A stretch of DNA of 64,000 nucleotides from Octopus sinensis. Its lineage: Eukaryota. The translations under genes and the position numbers were made by a program. Positions 52,183 to 64,000 of the stretch are shown piece after piece. Position 1 is the stretch's first letter, and the number at the start of each line of letters is the position of its first letter. The DNA is taken from NCBI RefSeq assembly GCF_006345805.1, contig NC_042999.1:87978001-88042000 (forward strand). The letters are read 5' to 3'. The notes below the pieces were generated by a model. That model had not been told where the DNA came from, searched no databases, and saw only the letters and a program-made list of their open reading frames with translations.

Positions 52183-53130
52183 CAGGTCATCGCATAAGTT
52201 TACCTTTTTTTTTAAATTTAAGAGCATTTTAGAATGTCTAAAGGAATAAAAAATTATTTTTATGGATTTGTGTACATTTAAACTAATTAAATATTCAAGA
52301 ACGTGTGTTACATATCTGTATAAGCTTGGCTATTATGGGCAAGCAGCTAGAAGAAAACCTCTCCTTCAACCAATTAATATTATGAAAAGAAAGAAATGGG
52401 TTAAGGAGATGTCAGAAAAATCCAGTTCATTTTGGGATAGAGTGATTTTCTCAGGTGAATCCAGATTTGCATTATTTTCAGACAGTTGACGTGTTTGGGT
52501 CTGGAGGCTTCCGAATCCAGAATTTGATTTGAAACGACTCCAACCAAATGACAATCATGGCGGTATCTCTGTAATGGTATGGGGAGCTGTCACCAGCAAT
52601 GGTCGTTCTGAGCTGATCGAATGTCTTGGAACCATAAACTCTGAAAAATACATCGAAATACTTAAGCACGAACTACTTCCGATGTAGTCACACGATAACA
52701 TAACGAAAATGGAGTTTTTATTCATGGAAGATGGGGCTCCATGTCACACAGCGAAAAGGAATCAACAATGGTTGACCGAAATGGGATCAAAAAGCTTCCT
52801 TGGCCGAGCCAATCTCCTGACAGGAACCCAATTGAAAATATTTGGAGCATACTACACAGAGCTATACGAAAAACCTGACAGAATCCTAAATTTAAAGATG
52901 AATTATTTCGATTGTTCATGAAAAGTGGGCAGAAATTCCACAAAGACAATCATAAAGCTCTTCAGTTCAGTGCCAAAAAGAGTTTCTGAATGAAAAACTG
53001 CAAAAGGAATGTCAACTAAATACGGAAGTATGTAGTCCTACCCATCAATTACATTCCAATTGTTCGCTTTGCGTATTAAATATAAGATTTAAAAAATTAA
53101 GGCTGTCTATTTACTTCCTGCATGTCTGTG
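52180..53130 (+). mobile_element. Tc1 (DD34E) element, internally deleted, with transposase pseudogene
   Basis: AARRKPLL…W.RVIFSGES…VMVWG…MEDGAPCH…WPSQSPDRNPIENIW, with 34 residues between D and E after correcting one frameshift. TIRs are degenerate; the HTH region is missing. Confidence 0.9.
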
Positions 53131-53135
53131 TATAT

Positions 53136-53209
<74 letters not shown>

Positions 53210-53433
53210 AGGTATATTATGTTAAGAACATTTGTAGAGTATACTATAAAGTTCGTCCATCTTCAAATTTCCCCCGGTGCTATCCAGCAGTAGATTTGAG
53301 TTGGAGCTTCTGTAGTGTGTGAATGAAAAACTGAATAAGTTGGAATCAACAAGGAGGAACATTTATTTGTAATTGCTACAATTGTTTGTACGCAAATAGT
53401 TCTCCATGTTCGCAGGGAAACGGTTACATAATC

Positions 53434-53486
53434 AAATACCTGAGAACCTGGAGACCTACGTTGAGTGGAAACGATTGTAGTGATTT
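53434..53486 (+). ncRNA. Degenerate hammerhead motif
   Basis: aaatac CTGAGAA…GAAAC GATT GT A gtgattt. Stem III is identical to the 50.3-kb copy; the core and stem II are damaged. Confidence 0.35.
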
Positions 53487-53539
53487 CAAATAAATGTTCC
53501 ATCTTGTTGAGTTCACCTTATTCTATTTATATTTATAAG

Positions 53540-53611
<72 letters not shown>

Positions 53612-56321
53612 TTTGTGTCTATAAAGTAGTAGGCGTATATATGTTGATCTGTGTTTATATTTACCACTGTACCATTAGACGTTCTTATCTGTTTGAACGT
53701 AGATAAAATAGTATATACTGGGGTAGAGATGATTGAATAAAATACACGAAGCTGGTACTAACGGCCGCAGCCCAATGGCAGAAACGAGTAGGATATATAG
53801 CGCTCCGTATTACAAAATGTCAATACTGAACATGATTGCAGAAACCTAGATATCTAAATGTACTACTCAACAGATATTTATGTTTCTGCTGTCTGCATGT
53901 AACTATGAAAGGAAGCAAGTTTTTCTAACCTTTCTCAGCATTTTATACTTACTTGTATGCAGAATAAACAGAATATGTATGCAGATAAACAGGATATGTA
54001 CTTTATTATGCATGAATTTTTATGTAATATGTAAATGCTAGCCAGTTTATATGCGTATATATATATGTGTGTATTTCTCTATATATGGGCGTTTGTGCAG
54101 ACGTGTGTATGTGTAATTTTTTGCAGTCTTCTATGTGTGTGTTACTGACAAATTTTTCAATTTCTCCAGCTAAGTAGTCATTGTCTTCATAAAAATCAAT
54201 TCTTTCTGTCTATCTCTGCACCACAGCATATATTTCTCCCGCTTCTCACATCATTCCCCAAACCACAAATATCTTCTCTTCGGTCTCTATCCCTGCCTCC
54301 TCCTTCTCTACTTCTCTTCCTTCCTTTATTTATTTCTCTATCCCTTTCTCTCTCTCTTGCTTGTCTTTTTTGTCTGTTTTCTCTGCTTTTCTATTTTTCT
54401 TACTTCCCCGACCCAAATTATTTATTGCCTACTCTACTTGAAAGATCTTAAACCAAACCGCTGTAATATTGCACCAGACCGTCTCCTCCCCTTCATACGA
54501 CGAGGCTGGACTGTTTCCAACAGTTATATTGCTAAACGTATAGTCTATGGGTTATATCTTCAAAATGAACGTTAGAACCTGAAGTAAAATACAAAAACAA
54601 TGCTATGAGTTTATGCGGTTAAATATTCATTCATTTTAATAGATTATAGTAAATTCATGGACGGAGCGGGAAACTGTAGTAATGGAGTGAATTAACAGAT
54701 TCGAAAGAACTGAAAAAATCAACTCTGTATTTAACAATCTTTTATATGCATATCCAAACGTGTGTATGTGAATATGTTTGTGTGTGCGTGTATGTGTTAG
54801 TTTATACTGCATATTATGTATACATACACAAATATATCAGAGGGTGTATTTTGCAACGTGAGACGTGTAAAAGTGTGTATGGGTATATATATTATATACA
54901 TATATATATATGCGTATACATATATATATATATAAGCTCGTGCATGTATGTGTGTATGCATTCATGCATCGACGTGTCAGTGTGTATGTATATGTACAAG
55001 TGTAGGTATGTATGTATAAAACAGAAAGAGTGTCCTAAAAATATATATGGAGTTCTACTGCCAAAAACTCACTAAATATTTATTTTCGTAGTGCAATCTG
55101 TTATAAGTAATGAAAGCCGATTAAGCTTTGAGAAAAGGAAATTTATTGATAAACTGGTATTGCAAGTGCGGTGACGGAGCTTAAATGCAAAGGTCTTTTA
55201 GAAAGGGCTTTCGAACAGATTCATGGGCACGATTAACTAGTGCTTCGATTAGAAAAAAATTTGTAGTAGAAGAAATTGTTCAAAGCGTGGACAAATTCCC
55301 TTATGGAAGACCGACGATGTACACATGCCTTCCTCTCTACCAGAACAGAAAGGGGCAACTGGAAACTACCTCAGATCTTAATTTGAACTATTCTTTCTTG
55401 TTACAACACCATGACAGTACTACTTATTTGAGCTTATCAGTAAGAATCCGCCAAATCGTGCGTACGATAGGTGTTGGACGAAGCAGAGGAGTTTAATTAT
55501 GAGCAAGATCAAGTACCTTCCTGACTACCATTTTATGAAATCAGTGTAAGCGATGGATTGTGTAAAAAAGAAACCTGTTTATTACACCTCATGCCAATGA
55601 ATTTTTTTTATATGATCCAAATAATAGCTTTTTTTTGTACAAAATCAGCAAGAATCAATCAAATGAATGCTGGTATTAAACGGATTGCCACGGAATACCG
55701 AATCAAACTATATGTGATGCTGGAATTTACTTTAACCTGCGTTGTCAACCATGTTTTGACGAGAACTCTATCAGTTCGAAAATTTGCGATTATTCAAAAC
55801 TCTTACACATTCGTCTTACTGAATTTGAATGATAAAATACATGCACAAATATACACACATAATATAGATATGTATATTTATAAATGAGCATTTATATATT
55901 GCCTTTAGGCTTTGACAAATCTCTCTCAAATCAAACACATATTGCCGCTTACCGTTATTTTTTATGATAACAGTAGATAATGTATGTTGCTGTTGTTTTA
56001 CATGTAGGCGTTCTGGTCATTTTTAGAATGCCTCTGATCATAGGTCTTCTCCATCAGTTTAAAAGTTTTCAGTGTATTCATTAATTAGTTCCAGCTATTT
56101 AATACAAATTCCATGTGATATTTTCTTTACTTGAACGTTGAAGAGAAGCTTAACTTCTTTCTGATATGTATCAGCTTCTATGACGAAATTCATAATAGTA
56201 GCTAATCCTACATTAGAAATAATCTAATATTCCTTGTTTCTTTAGAATTTCTTCTTTATATATACAGCAGCATATATTTGTGTATAGTCAATGGATCTAT
56301 CTATCTATCTATCTATCTATC

Positions 56322-56412
<91 letters not shown>

Positions 56413-56523
56413 GAATCGTGTGTGTGTGTGTGTATAGACTTACAGACGCATGAATATTTGTGGCTAAAGTATTTTTGGGAGGTATCTTATAAAAGCTCAC
56501 ATACATACATACATACATACATA

Positions 56524-57358
56524 CGAGGTCTGATCAATAAGTATCCGGACTGTTGTCATAGTAGCGAAGCTAAAGCAGGCAAAGTGTGTATGCGCACTAA
56601 GTTTTAACATTCTAGCTCTCTTCCGCTGTTTACAGCAGTGCTTGGAGGAAATGTGTGTAGCTTGTGATCGTCGCATTGGTCGTAACAGAAAGTTGTCATG
56701 GCCTACACAAAATCGCAGAAAGTATATGGGAAGGAGTGCATCAGTCACACACAAGTGTATTAGTGGTTCAGAAGTTCCCAAGATGGCCGAAACAATGCTG
56801 ATATTGACGAACGTTCTGGGAGACCCGCAACCAGCAGGACTGAGAAATCATCGCAGTTGTGCATGCAGCTGTGAGGGGAAATCGTCGAATTATCATCCGT
56901 GAGTTATGAAAGGATGTGCAAATTAGTTACGGTTCAGTTCAGTCCATTATCACTGAATATTTTGGTATGAAACGCGTGTCTACTAAGTTTGTGCCAAAAC
57001 TGCTTTCAGCCGTCCAAAAAGACACTTGGGTTTCACTTGCACAAGATCTTGATTGTGTCGAGAACGATAAAAAATTTTTGAAAACTTTGCGTAGGCTTCC
57101 GAGCAGGTATCGACGAGCTTTTGGCAAAATTTGATACGGTTTCCATGCTCATCTTTCTCTCTCACGGCCAATACGACGATCACACACTACACAAGTTCTT
57201 CAAAGCACTGCTTTAAACGGGGGAAGTGAGCTAGATCGTTAAACCTTAGTGTAAATGCACAGCAGAGTTTAAAGTCAATCTGTGCCAAACAGCTTTAGTG
57301 TGTGTGCTTTAGCTTCATTACTATGGCAACAGTCCGGGTACTCATTGATCAGACCACG
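56524..57358 (+). mobile_element. Internally deleted mariner element with TIRs and TA TSD
   Basis: TA|CGAGGTCTGATCAATAAGTATCCGGACTG…CAGTCCGGGTACTCATTGATCAGACCACG|TA. Remnant transposase ISYGSVQSIITEYFGMKRVSTKFVPKLL. Confidence 0.9.
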
Positions 57359-57966
57359 TACATACATACATACATACATACATACATACATACATACACA
57401 TTTGTCTTATCCTCATCTAGTTTTGATGAGATATTGGAAAACTTTAAATAAGTTCATACTTAACTTTGAATCATCGAGCATAATTTAGAATTAATCCTAT
57501 ATGTAAAATACTCATGTTATAACGAAATATCACACCACCATTGCGCTCATACATATAGCCCAATTCAATCGTCACAAATGGAACTATATGCATTTAGTTT
57601 CAATTATACGGTTGGTTGAATAAACGATTCACTTGTTGGTTATCTTGAAAAGCTGTAGCTCTGTATTTTGATGGAAAACATGAATAGGAAAGCATATCTA
57701 GTCGACTACATATCCCGTATGAAAGGGAAAAGATTGGAATTAACTTTCTGGGAGTTAAGATATTGTAGAAGTAGTTTTAGGAGGAGAGATGTATGGGATG
57801 GGTGGGATTTAGTGCTTACTGGTTGTGTACTGAGATGAATATGGATGATTCAAAATAAACTAAAAGAAATAAGCTGTCTGAGTATGAGCAGTTGTGTATG
57901 ATATTTAAGTATTGGTTTATGATCCTAGTTGCCACACATTGTTTCCAACTTCTACATACACACACA

Positions 57967-58023
<57 letters not shown>

Positions 58024-58195
58024 ACACACACGCTTGGTGGCTTACATCTTGCAGATGAGCATGACCATCACTGACAGATTAATTATCTTATCCGAGAGGT
58101 TAGAATTTAAAAGCAATGATTTTCAGCAATATCTGCGTTAAAATATACTTAGCAATGATGAACCACAGCTCACACCAAAACGCCGAGACTGTCAC

Positions 58196-58281
58196 CTGCA
58201 AAACCAATTATTCCAGAAGCGGGCAAAAGCAGGATCTTCAGTTTCACAATGTGGTTGGTGATATTTCGGAATTTCATTCCC
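58196..58281 (-). CDS. Candidate coding exon (86 bp, phase 0 to 2)
   Basis: Acceptor cttctggtctccttag|G, donor CAG|gtgaca, open frame GNEIPKYHQPHCETEDPAFARFWNNWFC(R). Lies in a GC-richer island. Confidence 0.4.
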
Positions 58282-59207
58282 CTAAGGAGACCAGAAGTTT
58301 GACACTCCAACTGTTGGATGACCATTGACTCTTTAGAGTTCTTCCTTCCAGTAACAGATATTACTTGTCGTCCGAAAGCATATCCATCGAAAACCATCCT
58401 CCTTAACAAGCAAACAGGCTTGTTAAGGTTGCCGGTTTAGTCGCCAATGGCCCAATTTTGTGACAAGGTGTACTGGGTTATATGTTACCAGTGGTAGTAG
58501 AACCAAGAGTGAACTGACGTATGTCATTTTGTACTGCGTTGGGTATTGAACGTTGGGTGTACTGTTTCACTCACTAAGTTGTTGCCTTGGAGGTCGACTG
58601 CATTGTCATTTCCTAGGATTTCCTTATTGCTAAGTATATTTGATATATAAACAATTTCTGAAGCATGTTTTTGTGAGACTAACTGGTGCTAATTTATGTT
58701 AGGCACTGCTATATCGGCCGCAGACGACAAACAAAACAAAGCGTGTAAAATCGATGCGACTTGAGACCAATCCTTTTGTTTGATATCTTGACAGAAATAT
58801 AGAAGTGAAAGCATGCAAAACAAATGAATCTAAGAAATTAACTAGAATAGCTATTTTGTTAAAGTGAATGGACATGGAATATATATTTTCCTGACATTAA
58901 ATACCACACATATCGAACGGAAATTTAGTAATAATTTTATTTATGATATCAATAAATCTATTGATATCTTTAATATAATTACTGAGGCGGTTTTATATAT
59001 CCAGCTATTGAAAAATGTAAAGGATATATTTGAAGAGTAAATAATGCTTTAGTTAGAACCAAGCATAATTGTTAAAGGTTAGTACAGCAATCGATTGAAA
59101 TGACTCCAATATTTTGCTGGCAATTAGTTTATAGATCACAGTGATATAAAAAATGAATATCAACCAACATGTTTTTAACTCTGAGACAAAAGTAAACCCA
59201 TTCAAGC

Positions 59208-59279
<72 letters not shown>

Positions 59280-60111
59280 ACTGTCTTTCTTTCATTCTTT
59301 CTTTCTTTCACACACACAAATGTATATATATGTACATTCATTGAACTTTCCACTATTTGCTTCACTAAAAAGCCGATTAGCTTTGATTACGATAATATAT
59401 TATCAAGTGGGGGGAGTGGTAGACACAAACATACATCCATCTATCCATACATACATACATTCGTACGTACACACACACGCGCGCGCGCGCAGATACACAC
59501 ACACACTTATATTTCATTATGTTGAACATTGATTCCAACACACTTTTCTGCCTCCGTTTTTTCCTTTCAAAACTTTCTTTCGAAGAGCATAGGCTCGAAA
59601 CTAATACACCTGCTTGTTGTTCCCTCATCTGTCTTCGTCTTTTATTTTCTGTAAATTTGAACTATATATATATATATATATAATTCAAACATGAACAAGC
59701 AAGAAAAAACAACAACATGAGGACGTGGAATAAGTACAGCATTATTGGACGCTCAGGAAAGGAAAGCACGAGCTTCCATCGAGTTTTCGTCTACTAAATA
59801 CACCCATAAATCATTCGGTGGCCCGGGGAGTGAATCGGAAACCGAATGGTTGCGAATTGAACTTCTTAATCACACGCGAGTTGATTCAAGGAATTTATAT
59901 CGCTTTCAGTTTTCTTTATTTTCCCTGCAATTTCTTACTCTTCAAGGTTACCTGGTTTGATTAGAATTTTATGTGAAGTATGATAACTTGCAGGTTTTTA
60001 AAATACCTGTTTTCAGTTTTCCTGAGTTATAATTCACCAAACTTTATCTCATTTCTTCTACCGTGGTTTCCACATCATTTCATTCATTTCTTTTATCAGT
60101 ATAGTTTTTCG

Positions 60112-60209
<98 letters not shown>

Positions 60210-60755
60210 GAGTGAGAGAGCAGTGCATGCCATCAAAGTGACACTGGGGTAAAATATACGAAGCCCAGTATACCCATCATGACTACCCGTCTGATAAGAA
60301 TACCCTAGGCACATGCATCACAGCCATATGTGCGTGACATGGTGATCTCATATCAAGATAAACAGCACATGACCTTGCAGGTGGGGTCCGGTTAGAATTT
60401 TCTTCTGGTCAAATAACCCATCCCACTCAAAAAGGTTCCTGAATAAGGGTTGCTTAAGGATGTTGAACGAAACACCCATGTTTCCAGAGGTGAATTATTC
60501 AAACCCCAAATAATCCCTTTGAACACATGGCTATGATAATACCCTGCTAATTCTGCTCGTGATAAGAGGTGCACATATCGTCAACCACTAAGGGACATGC
60601 TCAACTGGTTAAGGTCAAACAACTAACAAGCAAATCTGTGGTATTGAGCCGAATATTTGCTGTAGCCCATCTTTATATCAAGACAAAACAATGTACATGA
60701 TAACACTTCCAATCAGAAGCCATGAGAGCCACAGCCTGGTACTGCATCAGGGCAG
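60210..60755. mobile_element. Non-coding repeat inserted in (AAT)n
   Basis: A complex 546-bp segment with sharp (ATT)n boundaries on both sides and no long ORF. Confidence 0.6.
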
Positions 60756-60781
60756 TTATTATTATTATTATTATTATTATG

Positions 60782-60819
<38 letters not shown>

Positions 60820-60962
60820 GATAGGGGATTGGAACGCTATTTCGGGAAGATTTGAACCTGTAGCTGATTTTTCGTTTCCTCATTTGTGTACGTAGCTTTT
60901 GGTGTTCCGGTCGATGACTAATCCGATTTGTATCTTGCTTTGTTATCATTGAGGCTTTGTTA

Positions 60963-61033
<71 letters not shown>

Positions 61034-61100
61034 GTTGTTGTTGTTGTTGTTGTTGTTGTGTTGTTGTTATTATTATTATTATTATCATCATTATTATTAT

Positions 61101-62501
61101 TCTTCTTTCAAATTTGCTTCCATTTCTTGCCGGGTGTCTTCCCGACTCCTAGGGCAAAGAAACTCATAGTATACATTGGTAGGCCATTAAACCAAACTCA
61201 GTAGTTCGTTCATTTCTTTTTTTTTTAAAGTTAAATTAAAATACATGAGCAGCAACAGTTCTCACATCGACAATGCTCTTCTGAATACGTGTGATGTACC
61301 AGTTAAGACAATCTTTTGCACTTCTTGCAGGGATGGTAAGCCAGGGATCATTCTCATATAATTTTCGGTTCCCTTCTTGATCATTCCTAGTGCTCCTACG
61401 ATCACTGGTATTGTAACCGCCTTGAGATGCCACATTTTCTCAATTTCAATGAGTAGGTCTTTATATTTTCTGAGCTTGTCAAACTCTTTCGCTGAGATAT
61501 TATGATCACAGGGGATGCTCATGTCGATCAATAAGCAAACTTTATTGTTTTGGTCTTTCACAACAATATCTGGTTTATTGGCCTTGATGGTTCGGTCTGT
61601 ATGTACTGGAAAGTCCCACAGAATCGTTACATTTTCTCCTTCAGTTACAGCCTCAGGGTGGTGATTATACCACTTGTCGGCAGTTTTGATATTGTAATGC
61701 CGACTAATTAGCCAGTGGAGATATTGGCCAACTCTGTCATGTCTTAATTTATACTCCACTGGTGCTAAGACTTTACATCCAGAGATTAGGTGGTCCACTG
61801 TTTCAATCATGTCGTTGCAGAATCGGCATTTTGGGTCTGCTCCATTTTTCTTCACATTGGCCTGGTAGTTCCGGGTTAATAGGCTTTGATCTTGAGCAGC
61901 CAGGATGAAACCTTCGCTCTCTGCTTTTAGCCCTGAGCTCCGTAGCCACTGATGGGTTTGCTTCTGGTCAACATCAGCTTGTTTGCTGCGGGTCACATAT
62001 TTGCCGTACAGAGGTTTCTCCTCCCACCTATCAGCCAATTGCTCGTGCGCTTTTTTCATTGCCATCATTTTCACCTTCTTTGCAACAATAGTAGCCGTAC
62101 TTCCCTCGGGTTGTTCAGTTTGGGTATCCTGCACGAGATCAGTAGCAAATTTTTTGCTTTCCTTTATTATGAATGAAGCTTCTTTCGTCTCTCGTGATTT
62201 TCCACGAGCTTTAGCATCCAGTCATTTGATATTTCGAGATATTTGGCCAGTCCAATTGTGGTTGTTTTGTAAGCTAGTTCAAATTGGATCAGGCCTCGAC
62301 CTCCTTGGGCTCTGGGAAGGTAAAGGCGATCTACGTCTGCCTTTGGGTGGTGCATCCTATTACAACTCAGCAGCTTGCGTATTTTCCTATCTATATTCTT
62401 TACTTCACTCATATTCCAGTTCAACACATTGTAGCTATAAGTAACAACTGGAACTGCTAAGGAATTTATAGCTAACACCTTGTTACGTGTATTTAGTTCA
62501 G

Positions 62502-62506
<5 letters not shown>
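61101..62506 (-). mobile_element. 5'-truncated R4/Dong-like non-LTR retrotransposon inserted in (AAT)n
   Basis: RT C-terminal region, CCHC finger and restriction-like endonuclease. A 3' UTR runs into (AAT)n, and the 5' truncation point abuts (AAT)n. Confidence 0.9.
61262..62506 (-). pseudogene. R4/Dong-type RT–RLE ORF, C-terminal ~415 codons with one frameshift
   Basis: ELNTRNKVLAINSLAVP…HHPKADVDRLYLPR…GGRGL, CRFCNDMIETVDHLISGC, RHD, KPDIVV…LIDMSIP…KLRKY. Single 1-bp frameshift near 62170. Confidence 0.9.
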
Positions 62507-62555
<49 letters not shown>

Positions 62556-64000
62556 CATCATTATCATTATTATTATTAAAGTGGTGATCTGGCAGATCGG
62601 GACTAAGTACTTAGCGGCATTTCTTGTTGCCCTTTACGATCTAAGTTCAAATTTCGCCGATGTCATCTTCGCCTTTCATCATTCCTATTTATGTATGTAC
62701 TCCATGAGCACGGGGATCATTTGCAGCGATTCCCACCCTACGCCTGCAATTTCAGACTTTGTGTCTATAGTAGAAAGAATTATTTATTATTATTGTTAAG
62801 GTAGCAAGCAATCCGGTAGAACCGTTAAGGTGTTGGACAAAATATTTAGCAGTTTTATCTGGCTCATTGCATTCAGCGTTCAAATTCCACAGATATCGAC
62901 TTTGACTTTCATCCTTTCAGAGTCGATAGAATAAACACCAGTCATTTAACATTGCTGATTTTGCTCCAGAATTTAATATCAATAATTATTTTATTACTTG
63001 CTAATGTATGGTTTGGAGTTTTCTTTTCCTGGCATGTAGTTGATGTATCTCTGATAAGTTATATACTCTGCTGTGCTGGTGTAGTTCGTGTTTTTCTGCC
63101 TGTGTTGCAGATTTGGTACACGAGAGACTGTCTACGGACTCTAAAGCGTCAATTATATCTGATCTAAATCATTCTTAAACAAATCCGTTACGGAGCAAGT
63201 AAATGAAATATATATAAGCTACTAGTGAGAGCTATATGTCAGTCTTTTTACACCTTTCGGAATATATAAGGATCACGAATGATAATTTTTCTCCTTTACT
63301 ACAAATAAATATATTACAAAATCTCATAAACTGCTATTGAATATTTAATGTCCCTCGGCTATTTCAGTTTATTGGTATTCTATAACATTTTCACCCGCCA
63401 TATTTCTCTTCTGAATAATTATTGTACATTATCATGCCTGAAATGATATCAGTTCAGCAACTTTAGATGTGATGTGATTGTTGTCTCTTAACAACTCTAG
63501 CGAACAAATTTTAGTGCTCTTTAGAAATGTGTCAGCGTCACAATCTCATTTCCTTGTGTGTATAAGTTAGAAATTAATTTTTCTGATCTAACATTTCCGG
63601 CTGTACGAAGTTTGAAAGCTATTTCATATAACTGCTACAACTACTAACTTCTGTTTTATCCAGCTTTTTATAGCTTATTGTTAATGTTTCTTGTTGTTTT
63701 TCATTTATTTGTTAATTTTAGCACCAACTCCGGAAGTTGTATTGATCACCAACAAGAATTTCGCTCTTTTGCAACAAATAACTTTTATCTTCTTTTTAAA
63801 ACACGAGATTAAATATACTTGTAACATAACAAAAGAAATCTTGTATTCTAGGTTGAAGGTTAAGCTAATTCTACACTTCGTATCCGTTGTTAGAAAAGCA
63901 AAACAAAACATTTAACTCTTTACTAATATTGACAATAAATAAATTGACATGTATTTATTCGAAGTTTCTATAAAAATAACCTAATCTCTACGACTTATAA

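Noticed and set aside
59570-59610. GAGC-atag-GCTC-GAAAC hairpin resembling hammerhead stem II
   Set aside because: The CUGANGA core and the GUH site are not recoverable. At most it is a decayed remnant.

Overview
This is AT-rich, microsatellite-saturated eukaryotic DNA. The SINE families and repeat density point to an octopus (coleoid cephalopod) genome; that is my inference, not a database match. Most of the window is intronic or intergenic and filled with transposon remnants: mariner DD34D (two near-complete copies in inverted orientation plus deleted copies), a maT-type DD37D element, a Tc1 DD34E remnant, Helitron-like non-autonomous elements, CR1/L2- and RTE-like LINE fragments, R4/Dong-like LINEs embedded in (AAT)n, and many tRNA-derived SINEs. 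I could not name any host gene. Two phase-compatible minus-strand exons (9350-9211, 5944-5707) are the best-supported coding signal; other candidate exons occur on both strands with low confidence. The most striking unexplained structure is a recurring class of short, RT-less, asymmetric head-to-head palindromic insertions (4.0, 17.6, 28.2, 35.2, 49.0 and 50.1 kb). In several of them each arm carries a minimal type I hammerhead ribozyme motif (CUGANGA...GAAAC...GUH) with a self-complementary stem III; one is bounded by a 16-bp target-site duplication. They look like several families of non-autonomous Penelope-like or retrozyme-like elements. All coordinates were counted by eye and may be off by a few bases.
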